From Candidatus Eiseniibacteriota bacterium (lineage in GTDB: Bacteria; Eisenbacteria; RBG-16-71-46; JAFGJU01), in NCBI GenBank assembly GCA_016928935.1, contig JAFGJU010000007.1, positions 7,172-71,171 of the forward strand: a stretch of DNA of 64,000 bases, read 5' to 3'. This document shows positions 36,973 through 46,791 of this stretch, piece after piece. How positions within the stretch are numbered: the first letter of the stretch is position 1; every line of letters starts with the position of its first letter. The notes under the pieces are model-generated. The model ran no database searches and was not told the origin of the DNA. It worked only from the letters and a program-made list of their open reading frames with translations. The position numbers were made by a program, and so were the translations under genes.

Positions 36973-38169
36973 TCAGCGGCGCTCGGCCCCCTTGCCCTGC
37001 GCGCCGATCACACCACACGAGTCGCTCAGGGCTGGAGAACCTTCCTTGAGCCTGAAGTCTCCCTTCTCAGGAGAGTGAAGCAGCGGGTCCTCGCGCAGTT
37101 CATGAGTGTCCGTGAGAACTCCGAAATAGTCGCCCGTGGAGTTCTTCCAGAACAGGTTGCACGAAAGCACCGGAGTGGCGTTGTCCTTGCAGTAGACCGC
37201 GTAGCCCGGCGAATTGCCGTAGAACAGGTTGTTCACGATGCTGGGAAACACGCCTTCGAAGTACGCGCCGGCGCAGAGAGAATCCACTCCGGAGTTCAGC
37301 GCGATTGTGTTTCCCTCCAGGTTCGGCGCCGCACCCCTCGTCATGGCTACCGCCCCACCTCTGGCGCCGCTGTTCTCGACCAGAATGTTTCCCCTTATGA
37401 CGCCTCCGGACTCTATGGCGCCAATCGCACCCCCCTCCTCCGATTCGTCCCGCTCACCCTTGACGGCCCTGTTGCGCTTGAACAGGTTTCCCTCGATCAA
37501 CGGCTCGGCCCCGTTCAGGAACATTCCTCCGCCGCTCTGCGCCAGGTTCTCCAAAATCACGTTGCCCCTGACCCGGGCGGCCGACGACTTCGCCAGGAAT
37601 ATCCCTCCGCCCAACTCGGCGCTGTTTCCCTCGACGAGGTTCGAGTCTATATCGGGGCTTATGAACATGCTGTACACCGCGCCGCCGAAAGAGGCCCTGT
37701 TCCGGATGAACTTGTTATCTCTTATCTTGGAATTCGACCACAGCGCACAGAGCCCTCCGCCGTACTTGGCCGAGTCCTGCGTGAACACGTTGCCGACCAC
37801 CGTGGGAAACGAACTGCTCAGAAGGACACCCCCGCCGTTCACGCCCACGCCGTTCCTGAACGTGAAGCCCTTTATGACGGCCGTGCTGTCCACCTGCTCG
37901 CACCGCAAGGCGATGTCTTTACGCCCGGCGTCTATGACGGTCTTCGCCGCCCCCGCCGTTCCGATGAGCGACACGGTCTTCCTGACTATCAGGTTTTCCT
38001 TGTACACCCCCGGCCCCACCAGCACCGTGTCCCCGGGCGACGCCGCGTCAATCGCCCTCTGAACCGTCTTGTAACGCGACGGGACTTTGAAAGTGCGGCC
38101 GAATGCGGCCGGGACCGCCGAGGCCGCCACCAGTGCCGCCAGCAGCACAAACACACAAGTCTTCTTCAC
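36973..38169 (-). CDS. secreted right-handed parallel beta-helix repeat protein
   Basis: Signal peptide, then repeated GN(V/L)(F/I)..N..xGGG(I/V) beta-helix turns. GTG start with AAAGGAG SD. Confidence 0.7.
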   Translation of the reverse strand: MKKTCVFVLLAALVAASAVPAAFGRTFKVPSRYKTVQRAIDAASPGDTVLVGPGVYKENLIVRKTVSLIGTAGAAKTVIDAGRKDIALRCEQVDSTAVIKGFTFRNGVGVNGGGVLLSSSFPTVVGNVFTQDSAKYGGGLCALWSNSKIRDNKFIRNRASFGGAVYSMFISPDIDSNLVEGNSAELGGGIFLAKSSAARVRGNVILENLAQSGGGMFLNGAEPLIEGNLFKRNRAVKGERDESEEGGAIGAIESGGVIRGNILVENSGARGGAVAMTRGAAPNLEGNTIALNSGVDSLCAGAYFEGVFPSIVNNLFYGNSPGYAVYCKDNATPVLSCNLFWKNSTGDYFGVLTDTHELREDPLLHSPEKGDFRLKEGSPALSDSCGVIGAQGKGAERR

Positions 38170-38336
38170 TCTCGACTCCTTTCAGCACGGGGGTTCTCAT
38201 GTTTTACACAACTGGGAAGTCCGGAAGTTCCGGCCTGTTGGCGAATTGTAGACGTCTGACCGGCCCGCTGTCAAGGCGCGGGGACGCGCCGCGGAGCGCA
38301 GCGCGGGTCGGTGGGCAGGCGCACGGCAGGAGACGG

Positions 38337-38882
38337 CTAAAGGCCCAGCTCGGCGTCGATCTCGGACATGGCCTCCAGGGACAGCGCGAGGAACTCCTCC
38401 AGCTCCAGTCCCAGGGTAGAGCAGGTCTTGATCTGCTCCCGATTGGCGCCCCTCGCGAAGCTCTTCTCCTTGAACCTGTTCAATACGAACGAAAGATCGA
38501 CGTTCCGCAGCTTCTTGGTCGGGTGCATCAGAGCGCTGGCCACTATGAGCCCCGTCACGGGATCGGCAGCGATTATCGCCTTGTCCATCGCGGACACGGC
38601 TTCGGCGTGATTGACGTGGCTCCTTATCGCCCGCAGGACCTCGGCCGGCAGGCCCTTGTCGGACAGCATCTCCACGGCCATGAGTCCGTGCCTGGCGGGG
38701 TCCTTGGAAGTGTAGTCGTAATCGAGGTCGTGCACCAGGCCGGCCAGGCCCCATTGCTCCTCGTCTCCACCCAGCCGGCGCGCCAACTTCTTCATGACGG
38801 CTTCCACGGCCAGCATGTGCTTTACGAGGTTCGACGATGAGACGTGCGAGTTGACGAGGTCCAGCGCTTCCTGGCGCGTCAT
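38337..38882 (-). CDS. HD-domain phosphohydrolase
   Basis: HxxxxxxD...HD motif region (VKHMLAVEAVMKKLA...LAGLVHDLDY). ATG at 38882 with AGGAG SD; the track ORF extends 62 codons upstream. Confidence 0.7.
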   Translation of the reverse strand: MTRQEALDLVNSHVSSSNLVKHMLAVEAVMKKLARRLGGDEEQWGLAGLVHDLDYDYTSKDPARHGLMAVEMLSDKGLPAEVLRAIRSHVNHAEAVSAMDKAIIAADPVTGLIVASALMHPTKKLRNVDLSFVLNRFKEKSFARGANREQIKTCSTLGLELEEFLALSLEAMSEIDAELGL

Positions 38883-38890
38883 AGAGACTC

Positions 38891-39247
38891 CTAAAGCCAG
38901 TAGAGAATCCTGCCGCAGTTCTCGCACAGCTGGATTTCCGAGTCTTCCAGCTTCTTGGGGGCCATTGACGTGGGCAGAGTGACGAAACAGCCCAGGCAGA
39001 CCCTGCCTTCGACCGGCACGACGGCCCTGCCGTACCGCTTCGATATCCTTTCGTACAGACTCAACCATCTGGGCCCTATCTGCTCAGCCAGCTTCGCCCT
39101 CGCCGTCTGCAGCGTCTCCAGATTCTTGAGGCTGAATCCCAGATTCTTCTCTTCACCCGAGGCCTCGGGGTCGTGCGCTTCACGAATCATCAGGTCGAGG
39201 TCCTGGAGTGCCACCAGCAGCCGCAACGTTCGCTTGCTATTGGGCAT
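38891..39247 (-). CDS. C4-type zinc-ribbon domain protein (COG1579-like)
   Basis: Coiled-coil region followed by CLGCFVTLP...CENCGRILY (two CxxC pairs). Confidence 0.6.
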   Translation of the reverse strand: MPNSKRTLRLLVALQDLDLMIREAHDPEASGEEKNLGFSLKNLETLQTARAKLAEQIGPRWLSLYERISKRYGRAVVPVEGRVCLGCFVTLPTSMAPKKLEDSEIQLCENCGRILYWL

Positions 39248-39749
39248 CGGGGAAAAACACCTTCTTCAGTTCATCCAGGTTATCCAACTTCATCAACTTG
39301 GAGCGTACCCGAGACTCCTTCACCTTCTCGACGATCTTCCCGAGCACCGGCAGATAGATGTTGGTCCGCTCCTGCGGAGGCGCGACTATCATGAAGAAGA
39401 GATGCACGGGCTGCCTGTCCAGTGAGTCGTAATCGACCCCGCCCACCGAGCGCGCGAACACCAAGCTCAATTCCGGCGCGGCCAGGGAGCGGCCGTGAGG
39501 GATCGCGATGCCCTTTCCGATTCCGGTGCTTCCGAGGTTCTCCCGTCTGGAAATCATCTCCAGCACCAGCGCCTTGTCCTTGACTCGGCCGTTCTGAAAA
39601 AGATGGTCCACCATCTCTTCCAGGACCTGGTGCTTGGCTGTGGCTTTGAGTTCGGGGACGAAGAGGGCGGCGCCGAAACAAGCGGCGAGTTTGGCTTCTT
39701 TCATGATAGTAAGTGTCGACATAGGGAGCACGGTGGCCGTGGGGCTCAA
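39237..39749 (-). CDS. ptsN: PTS EIIA(Ntr)-type nitrogen regulatory protein PtsN
   Basis: EIIA fold with the IAIPHG active-site His motif and LHFMIVAP-like region. Start may be at the internal MKEAK. Confidence 0.75.
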   Translation of the reverse strand: MSPTATVLPMSTLTIMKEAKLAACFGAALFVPELKATAKHQVLEEMVDHLFQNGRVKDKALVLEMISRRENLGSTGIGKGIAIPHGRSLAAPELSLVFARSVGGVDYDSLDRQPVHLFFMIVAPPQERTNIYLPVLGKIVEKVKESRVRSKLMKLDNLDELKKVFFPDAQ

Positions 39750-39842
39750 CCGTGGCCCGCCTCAACGACCACTTCCGTCCGGTAGTATAGACAACCGGGC
39801 CGCCGTCAGTCAACAGCTATTTTCCGGCTTCCACGGGCCCCG

Positions 39843-42326
39843 CTACTTCTTCTTCATCAGCTCCTCCAGGAGCTTCTTTCCTGCTTCGCTGGCTTCCTTC
39901 TTCAGGCTGTCCGCTTTCTGCTCGAGCTGTCTTCTGGCCTCCGGCGTAATCCCCAGCTTCTCCTCAATCTGTTTCTCCATCTCACGTTTCATCCTGCCGG
40001 CCAGATAGTCCTTTGCGCGCCTTTCCATCCTGGCGCTGTCCCAGCGAAGGGCGGGCTTCTTTACGGTCCCGCCCAAGAAAAGGTCCACCACCACTCTGCC
40101 CCGTTCGTCCTTCAGGACGTGCGCGAGGCCCTTGAGGGAGTCGACGCGTTTCGAGTACTCCGGCGAGAGGACGACGTTCACTTTCTGGTCCAGACTCCCG
40201 TCCAGGCCAGTGGAACCGGAGAAGTTCCAGGTCGAGTGCTTCTCCACAAGACTGCAGGCCGGCACTATCAGGCGGCCGTCTCTCACAGAGAATGACGTCG
40301 CGAAGTCCTTCACGGCGTATTCCTTCCTGCTGTCCAGGCCGACCCAGGACGCAAGCGCCGACACGACGGGCCCGGCGATGGCCGTCGCCTGCGACGACCT
40401 CACGCCTCCCTGAGCGGTGATGCTCTTGAGCGGCAGCGGTTCTTTCCCAAGCGCGCCGCCGAGCTCCACCTCGAGCGACGCGACGCCCGTCATGACACCT
40501 TTCAACGGCGTAAGCGTATCCAGTAACGCCGCGAGCTGGAGGTTGCCACCGGAGAATGCCGCCGTGTACGTAGGTGCGCCGTCCCTGGGAACCTTGAGCC
40601 GTGCCTTTCCCCCGGCCTCCCCACCCAGTGCCCGCATGGTGACCTTCGTGACCGACAGGCTGTCCCCGGCCATGTGCACTTTCGCGTCCAGGTCCCGGGC
40701 CTCAAACTTGCCGTACGTCAACCTGTCCACTTTGATCTCGACCGCCCCCTGCATGCCCAGCGCTCCAAGCGGCAGCAAGGGCCCGGCGGCCGCCTTCTTC
40801 TCCACCCCCTCACCTCCGGGCGGCGGTTCCAGAAGTTCCTTCAGGTTGAGAAACGGTGAGTGCACCACGAGCTGGAAGCTTCGCTTGCTCCAGTCGGGCA
40901 CGATTCCGCTGACGTTGAAAGTGGAGCTTCCCAACCCAACCACCGTCTGGCTCACTTCGGCACGCCTCCCGGCGAGGCTTACGTTGAGCTTCTCCACCAC
41001 CACGTCGGACGCGGCCTGTCCCGTCTCGATTCTCACGTTCCGAGCCAGCACCTGGCCGAGCGCTTCCACGGAGTAAGGGTTTTTTTTGAGGCCTTCAAGC
41101 GGCGCCGTTGCCCGCAGGCGCAACGTTACGTCGCCTGTCCTGGCCCTGGGACCCTTGCCCGCGGAGAGCAACGACTGGAGCTCCTCCAGCCTGAGTGTGC
41201 CGTCAGTCTCGAGCACCAGCTCGCGCGGCTCCGCACTTGACAATTCCAGCCGGCCGTCCAGTCTCGTCGCCGAGCCGGCGGTCAGGTTGAACCTGGTATC
41301 GACGCGCGGGGACGGCACCCTGCCGGCGACCCGGGACTCCACGTTGAGCGTACCCCCTCGCCCCCAGTCCCCCACCTTGAAAGCGACCTTCCCGGGCACC
41401 AGCGAGGCGAGCTTTTCCAGCTCCACATTCTTCATCACTATCTTCAAGTCCACGTCCGGGCCCGTCTCCTTCCGCGACCCACCGGCGGTCTCCGTCCCTG
41501 CCGGCGACTCACGCTCGGCCAGGCCGACCAGGCCCGTAACCTCGATGGGCACCTCCGCCACGGTCAGGAAGACCCTTTTCAGCTCGAGCACTTCCTGTTT
41601 GAGCCTGACGAGCGTCTTCCAGTCACCCCTCACACTCTGGTCCGGCAGGATGGCCTCGCCCTTCGCCAGAGAGGCCACAGAGACGCGTCGAATCGAGAAC
41701 TTGCCGTCCGACGTCACAGTCTCAAACTTTGGACCCGCCTTCGCACTCGAAGTGACTTCCAATCCTTCCAGCCTCACCTCTCGACCCGCCACCGGGTCCC
41801 GGAACACCACCTCTCCGTCGCTGATGACCGCCTTGGGAACCTGAAAAGACACGGCCGGCGCGGCCCCCCGGCCCTCTCCAGCGTCGGCGGCCGGACCCGC
41901 TTCCCGCGGCTTCTTCGCAACGATCTCGACACGCGGCTTGTCCACGTAGACCTCGGTCACGACTATCTCGCGCCTGAACAAGGCCAACAGCGCCAGGGTG
42001 GCGCCGGCCCGCGGGACAACGGCCAGCTTCGCGCCGTCCTCTGGTCTCGACACCTCGATGTCCGACACCCTGACTCCCAGGCGCCAGTGAACGAACGAAA
42101 TTCGCGCGTCCCTGACACTGATGTCCAGTCCCGTCGCCTGTTCCAGCTTTGTCACGGCCAACTCTCTGAGTCTCGCGGCCGGAAACATCGCTCTGGCGAC
42201 CGAAAACAACACCAGCACGACGACCGCCACGGCTCCGGCCGCGATGAGAGCTCGCCTCAGGACTCTGCTCATGCGAGACGCCGCACTGCCCGACGTTCCG
42301 TCGGCTCGGGATTCCGCTGCGTTCAT
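39843..42326 (-). CDS. AsmA-family outer-membrane biogenesis/lipid-transfer protein
   Basis: N-terminal TM anchor (LIAAGAVAVVVLVLF) followed by a long beta-rich periplasmic region typical of AsmA/TamB-like proteins, and a charged C-terminal tail. ATG at 42326 with GGGGAGAG SD; the track start at 42479 is upstream. Confidence 0.7.
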   Translation of the reverse strand: MNAAESRADGTSGSAASRMSRVLRRALIAAGAVAVVVLVLFSVARAMFPAARLRELAVTKLEQATGLDISVRDARISFVHWRLGVRVSDIEVSRPEDGAKLAVVPRAGATLALLALFRREIVVTEVYVDKPRVEIVAKKPREAGPAADAGEGRGAAPAVSFQVPKAVISDGEVVFRDPVAGREVRLEGLEVTSSAKAGPKFETVTSDGKFSIRRVSVASLAKGEAILPDQSVRGDWKTLVRLKQEVLELKRVFLTVAEVPIEVTGLVGLAERESPAGTETAGGSRKETGPDVDLKIVMKNVELEKLASLVPGKVAFKVGDWGRGGTLNVESRVAGRVPSPRVDTRFNLTAGSATRLDGRLELSSAEPRELVLETDGTLRLEELQSLLSAGKGPRARTGDVTLRLRATAPLEGLKKNPYSVEALGQVLARNVRIETGQAASDVVVEKLNVSLAGRRAEVSQTVVGLGSSTFNVSGIVPDWSKRSFQLVVHSPFLNLKELLEPPPGGEGVEKKAAAGPLLPLGALGMQGAVEIKVDRLTYGKFEARDLDAKVHMAGDSLSVTKVTMRALGGEAGGKARLKVPRDGAPTYTAAFSGGNLQLAALLDTLTPLKGVMTGVASLEVELGGALGKEPLPLKSITAQGGVRSSQATAIAGPVVSALASWVGLDSRKEYAVKDFATSFSVRDGRLIVPACSLVEKHSTWNFSGSTGLDGSLDQKVNVVLSPEYSKRVDSLKGLAHVLKDERGRVVVDLFLGGTVKKPALRWDSARMERRAKDYLAGRMKREMEKQIEEKLGITPEARRQLEQKADSLKKEASEAGKKLLEELMKKK

Positions 42327-42604
42327 CTCTCCCCTCGCTTGAATCGATTCCACGACTCGGGCGCCTGTCCTCGGTCGCCCCGCCCGGCGCCGACTGCCTT
42401 CCAGGCGCCGGCTTCGAACATTAAGCTCCGACCGAGCCCAAGTCAAGTCTGGCGCCTCGCTCCGAACGGGCCGAGCCACGGCGCCCGCCTCTTCGGCAAC
42501 TCGCGCGAGGGTGGGTGCCGGGCTCGACAGCCCACGTGGATAACAGAAGCCCCGCTCCCGACGTCGCCGTCAGGTAACGGGGCCTTCTTCCGTCCCGGCA
42601 GGGA

Positions 42605-43099
42605 TTATCTGGGCTCGTTAGCCGGTTCGACGCGTTCCTGCGCCACGATTGCGCCTATCAGCTCGCAAGGCAGGGCAGAATCCAGCTCCGCCAGGATTGC
42701 TTCTTCTTCGATCCTGGCCTGGTGTTCCGCCGCGGCCTCGCCGATGAAAAGGGTCTTGTCTTCCATCCAGTTGCGCAACACTTCCCTGGAATCGACTGGG
42801 GCAAAAGGCGGCAACGGAGATTCTATCTCCGCAAGCTTGCTCAACCTGAGCACTACTTCCTCCACGATCCTTCGCTTTTCAGTAGCACTCGCTTCTGCCT
42901 TGTACTTCACCATGAGCTGGTGTGCCCTCAGCCTTGCGAGCTTTTCAACTGCCTCTTCCTTCCTGAACCTCAGGGCCGCCTCCTCGAAAAGCTCCATCGC
43001 CCGCGTGAGCTCGCCCTCGTGGGCGTCCTTGAGGGCTCTCTGGAAAAGAGTATCCCCATTCACTGCGTTGTCCAGCAACCTCCGCAAGAATTCGAGCAT
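42605..43099 (-). CDS. hypothetical alpha-helical protein
   Basis: A 164-aa ORF with ATG and SD-like GGGGAACGGA. No recognisable motif. Confidence 0.45.
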   Translation of the reverse strand: MLEFLRRLLDNAVNGDTLFQRALKDAHEGELTRAMELFEEAALRFRKEEAVEKLARLRAHQLMVKYKAEASATEKRRIVEEVVLRLSKLAEIESPLPPFAPVDSREVLRNWMEDKTLFIGEAAAEHQARIEEEAILAELDSALPCELIGAIVAQERVEPANEPR

Positions 43100-43344
43100 T
43101 CGTCCGTTCCCCGAGCGGCCTCAGAAACAAACAGGGCCGCAATGTCGCCGTGCCAGAAGTGACTCAAACCAACGTGGCAGCAACTTCCGTACCACGGCCT
43201 TCGGGGCAGGAGCTGGATTTTCTCTTGGAAGACAAGGGGTTACGGCCTGCGCCTGCGGCCAGTCGGCCGGACCGAGGCCGGCCCGTTGCAAACTTGCGGG
43301 TCCTGCGGGTGAAATTGCAACGCCCAGATTACGATTGCGGCGTC

Positions 43345-45063
43345 TCAGTAGGCCGGGAACCTGGCGCAAAGCTCCCTGACGCCCGCCCGCACCTTCGCGT
43401 TCTCTGACGGGTCCGAGCCCTTGCGCACGCACGCGTCTATCAACCGAGCCACCTCGCCCATTTCCTCCACCTTCATTCCTCTTCCGGTTGCCGACAGGGT
43501 TCCAACGCGGATGCCGCCGGCCTGGAACTTCGTGTCGAACGGCACTGCGCAGGCGTTCACCAGGAGTCCCGCGTCCTCCAGCCAGTTCCAGGCAGCCGAC
43601 GCGTCCACCCCCAGCCTGCCTATGTCGGCCACGAAAAGGTGCGTGTCCGTGCCGCCCGCCAGTATGCGGTGTCCCAACTTCTCCAACGCGGCTGCCAGCG
43701 CCCGGGCGTTCTCAATCACCGCCAACTGGAACTGTCTGAACTCAGGCCTGAGGGCCAGGCCGAAGCAGGCCGCTTTGGCGGCGATCGCGTGCATCAGGGG
43801 CCCTCCCTGCACGACGGGGAACACGGCGTCGTCCACGGCCGGGGCGTGTTCCTTCCTGGCCAGTATGAGCCCGCCTCGCGGGCCCAGCAGTGTCTTGTGC
43901 GTGGTGCTCGTCATCACGTCCGCGAACGGAACCGGGCTGGGGTGGATTCCCGCCGCGACGATTCCGGACAGGTGTGCCATGTCCACCATCAAGCGTGCTC
44001 CGCACGCGTCGGCTATCGACCGGAATCGGGCGAAGTCCACAAACCTGGAATAGGCGCTGCCCCCGGCAATGATGAGGTTCGGCCGTTCCTTCGTTGCCAA
44101 TCTCTCAACTTCCTCATAATCAATCAGTTCCGTCTCTCTCTTCACACCGTACATCAGAGACCCGTACAGTCTCCCCGCGAACGTCTCCGGGTCGCCGTGT
44201 GTGGGATGCCCGCCGTGGTCAAAGCGCATGCCCAGAATTTTCTGGCCCGGCTTGAGTAGAGCGAAGTACGCGGCCATGTTGGCCTGTGTCCCGGAGTAGG
44301 GCTGGACGTTGGCGTGGTCGGCTCCGAAAAGGGTCTTCGCCCTGTCCCTGGCCAGCGTTTCCACCTCGTCCACGACCCGGCAGCCGGGGTACAGCCTGGC
44401 GCCTGGATAGCCCTCGGCGTACTTGAGCGTGAACAACGAACCCGTCGTCTCGAATATGGCCGTGTCCGCGATGCCCTCAGACGCAACCAGGGTCAGAGTC
44501 TCGTTCTGCCGCGCTCTCTCCCGGTCCATCAGCTCCTTAAGGCGCGGGTCAACCTCCCGGGTCCTCTGGCCGTGATGCAACCAAAACCCGGGAGTCTCGT
44601 AAGCGGAGATCTTGCCTATTCTCCTCTCGTGGCGCCCCCCTTCGAACTCAGTCTGCAGCCACACTCTCACGAATTCCTCCGCTTCGACGGGCTTCGTGAA
44701 GGCCGCGGCCAGGACCAGCACGTTGGCGTTGTTGTGGACCCTCGACAGCCTGGCAGATTCCCTGTCGCGGCACAGGGCGGCCCGTACACCTCTCACCTTG
44801 TTGGCGGCAATCGACATGCCGATTCCCGTGTGGCAGATGAGAATGGCCCTGTCCGCCCGACCCTCCGCCACGGCTCTGGCCGCGGCAAGGCCGAAGTCAG
44901 TGTAATCCACGGACTCCGACGAGAAAGTCCCCATGTCGTCTACCTCGTGGCCAAGCGAGGTCACGTACTGCGCCACGTGTTGCTTCAGAGCGAAACCGGC
45001 GTGGTCGGAGCCCACGGCAATCTTGATGCGCTCACCAGCGCCACCGCTAGTCTGTCCTTTCAC
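43345..45063 (-). CDS. glyA: fused ribose-5-phosphate isomerase B / serine hydroxymethyltransferase (RpiB::GlyA)
   Basis: The N-terminal ~150 aa are RpiB/LacAB (IKIAVGSDHAGFALK...ICHTGIGMSIAANK). The remainder is SHMT (LVASEGIADTAIFETTGSLFTLKYAEGYPGARLYPGC; TSTTHKTLLGPRGG). GTG start with AAGGGAGGA SD. Confidence 0.9.
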   Translation of the reverse strand: MKGQTSGGAGERIKIAVGSDHAGFALKQHVAQYVTSLGHEVDDMGTFSSESVDYTDFGLAAARAVAEGRADRAILICHTGIGMSIAANKVRGVRAALCRDRESARLSRVHNNANVLVLAAAFTKPVEAEEFVRVWLQTEFEGGRHERRIGKISAYETPGFWLHHGQRTREVDPRLKELMDRERARQNETLTLVASEGIADTAIFETTGSLFTLKYAEGYPGARLYPGCRVVDEVETLARDRAKTLFGADHANVQPYSGTQANMAAYFALLKPGQKILGMRFDHGGHPTHGDPETFAGRLYGSLMYGVKRETELIDYEEVERLATKERPNLIIAGGSAYSRFVDFARFRSIADACGARLMVDMAHLSGIVAAGIHPSPVPFADVMTSTTHKTLLGPRGGLILARKEHAPAVDDAVFPVVQGGPLMHAIAAKAACFGLALRPEFRQFQLAVIENARALAAALEKLGHRILAGGTDTHLFVADIGRLGVDASAAWNWLEDAGLLVNACAVPFDTKFQAGGIRVGTLSATGRGMKVEEMGEVARLIDACVRKGSDPSENAKVRAGVRELCARFPAY

Positions 45064-45577
45064 CGCGATCCTCCCTTGCTGTAATCAGGTCCGCCAAGAA
45101 CTCTGCGCCCCTCGCCAGACTTATCTCTATCCGCGAGAAACAACGGCCGTAGCCTTCCGCCGTGCCGCCAGCCGGGTCCTCGACCTCATCCCCGTCCTTT
45201 CCCTGCGGCTCTCCCAGCTCCGTAATCAGCAGCACGTGCTCCAGCTTGGACGGGCACAACTCCCGGACTCTCAGGATGTGACTCTTCTGCATGACCAGGA
45301 TGAGGTCGGCCTTCCGCAGGAGTTCCCGGGTGAGCCTCTTTGTGACGTGGCCCGAGATGTCCACACCACGGGCCGCCGCGGCCTCAACGGCACCGGCCGA
45401 CGCCGGTTCGCCCTCGCAGGCCGACACTCCGGCCGAGTCGATCTCCACCCTCCGCAGCAGTCCCGCCGGCAGCTGCTTCTTCAGGATACCCTTGGCCATC
45501 GGACTCCGGCACGTGTTGCCGCTGCACACGAACAGTATCTTGAACGCCCCACGCTTTGCCTTGCGCGACTCTGCCAA
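45047..45577 (-). CDS. low-molecular-weight protein tyrosine/arginine phosphatase (YwlE-like)
   Basis: CSGNTCRSP P-loop and a DP motif. TTG start with GAGGAGG SD. Positioned between tsaC and rpiB, as ywlE is in Bacillus. Confidence 0.85.
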   Translation of the reverse strand: MAESRKAKRGAFKILFVCSGNTCRSPMAKGILKKQLPAGLLRRVEIDSAGVSACEGEPASAGAVEAAAARGVDISGHVTKRLTRELLRKADLILVMQKSHILRVRELCPSKLEHVLLITELGEPQGKDGDEVEDPAGGTAEGYGRCFSRIEISLARGAEFLADLITAREDRGERTD

Positions 45578-45586
45578 CGGTCCTCC

Positions 45587-46216
45587 TCACCCTTCAACCA
45601 GGAGCATGCCGGGGTCCACTCTCAGCGTCCCCTGTCTCAATACCCTGTGGGGCCTGACCGTCAGGTCCACGACCGTGGACGGGACCTCGGACGCTGCCGG
45701 CCCCGAGTCTACGACCATGTCCACCCTGTCCAGGAAGTTGGCCGCCGCATCCGCGCCGGTCAGGCAGGGCGCTCCGCCGGTCGAGTTCGCGCTCGTGGAC
45801 ACGACGGGCGCTTCGAGCTTCCTCAACACCTCGGCGCAGTTACGGTCCCTGGGGCAGCGCACCGCGACCGTGTCCCCAGGCCCAACCACCCACCTCGGAG
45901 CCTCACGAGACGCCCTGAGCACGAGGGTGAGAGGTCCCGGCCAGTAGGCCTCCACAAGCCGCCTGCCTGACCTCGGCACCTCCGCAGCGACATCGTCCAG
46001 ACCCGATGGCTCAGCCACGAGGAGTATGAACGGCCTCTCGCCCGAGCCTTTCAGGACCCGCACCCGTGAGACCGATGCCTCTGAGTCGGCCAGGCAGTGC
46101 AGGCCGTAGACTGTGTCGGCCGCCATGCACACTACGCCCCCCCTCTTGAGCGTGCTCACGACAGCCGCCAGCTGCACGCAGCTGAACCTGCCCGACACCG
46201 TCATCAACTGTCCCAT
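45587..46216 (-). CDS. tsaC: L-threonylcarbamoyladenylate synthase TsaC/YrdC
   Basis: YrdC fold motifs (MAADTVYGL, PGPLTLVL, VSTSANSTG). Confidence 0.85.
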   Translation of the reverse strand: MGQLMTVSGRFSCVQLAAVVSTLKRGGVVCMAADTVYGLHCLADSEASVSRVRVLKGSGERPFILLVAEPSGLDDVAAEVPRSGRRLVEAYWPGPLTLVLRASREAPRWVVGPGDTVAVRCPRDRNCAEVLRKLEAPVVSTSANSTGGAPCLTGADAAANFLDRVDMVVDSGPAASEVPSTVVDLTVRPHRVLRQGTLRVDPGMLLVEG

Positions 46217-46239
46217 GGGACCACCTGCCCGAACCCCTC

Positions 46240-46752
46240 CTACGTCACGTCAGCCGACTCCCGGGACACCACTCTCCCCCGGGCGGCCTTCCCGGAAGCG
46301 AGCCCCTTCCGGTACTGGTCCAGTCTCGAGCCCAGGGACTTGTCCGTCAACGAGAGCATCTCCACGGCCAACAGCGCGGCGTTGACGGCCCCGGCTCGTC
46401 CGGGCGACACTACCGCCACCGGCACTCCGGCGGGCATGTTCACAGTTGAGAGCAACGAGTCGAGCGCTCCGAAAGGTTCCGTTTCCAGAGGAACTCCTAT
46501 GACCGGAAGAGTTGTCTGGGCCGCGATTGCGCCGGCCAGGTGAGCAGCCATGCCCGCAGCCGCGATGACGACCTTGACCCCCTCTCCCCGGGCCTTTCTG
46601 GCGAGCGCCCTTACCCTGTCGGGTTCCCTGTGCGCCGACGCGACCACTACCCGGACCGGAACGCCGAACCAGTCCAGGGTCCGCCGAGCCTCAGCCATGG
46701 CCTCAAGGTCGGAACGGCTTCCAATGAATACCAGCACGACTGGACGTCCCAT
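46240..46752 (-). CDS. purE: phosphoribosylaminoimidazole carboxylase catalytic subunit / N5-CAIR mutase PurE
   Basis: VVLVFIGSRSDLEAM...VVIAAAGMAAHLAGAIAAQTTLPVIGVP. Confidence 0.9.
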   Translation of the reverse strand: MGRPVVLVFIGSRSDLEAMAEARRTLDWFGVPVRVVVASAHREPDRVRALARKARGEGVKVVIAAAGMAAHLAGAIAAQTTLPVIGVPLETEPFGALDSLLSTVNMPAGVPVAVVSPGRAGAVNAALLAVEMLSLTDKSLGSRLDQYRKGLASGKAARGRVVSRESADVT

Positions 46753-46791
46753 CGTCTCACCTCGCTTGAATCCTTTCTCACAAAACAGCGC

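Noticed and set aside
36844-38259. 471-aa plus-strand ORF overlapping the beta-helix protein gene
   Set aside because: It is antisense to a gene with a signal peptide and a regular beta-helix repeat pattern, and shows no motifs.
43121-43170. sigma54-like TGGCACG ... TTGC motif on the minus strand upstream of the hypothetical gene at 43099
   Set aside because: The GG-to-GC spacing is 14 rather than 12 nt (TGGCACGGCGACATTGCG), so it does not fit the -24/-12 consensus.
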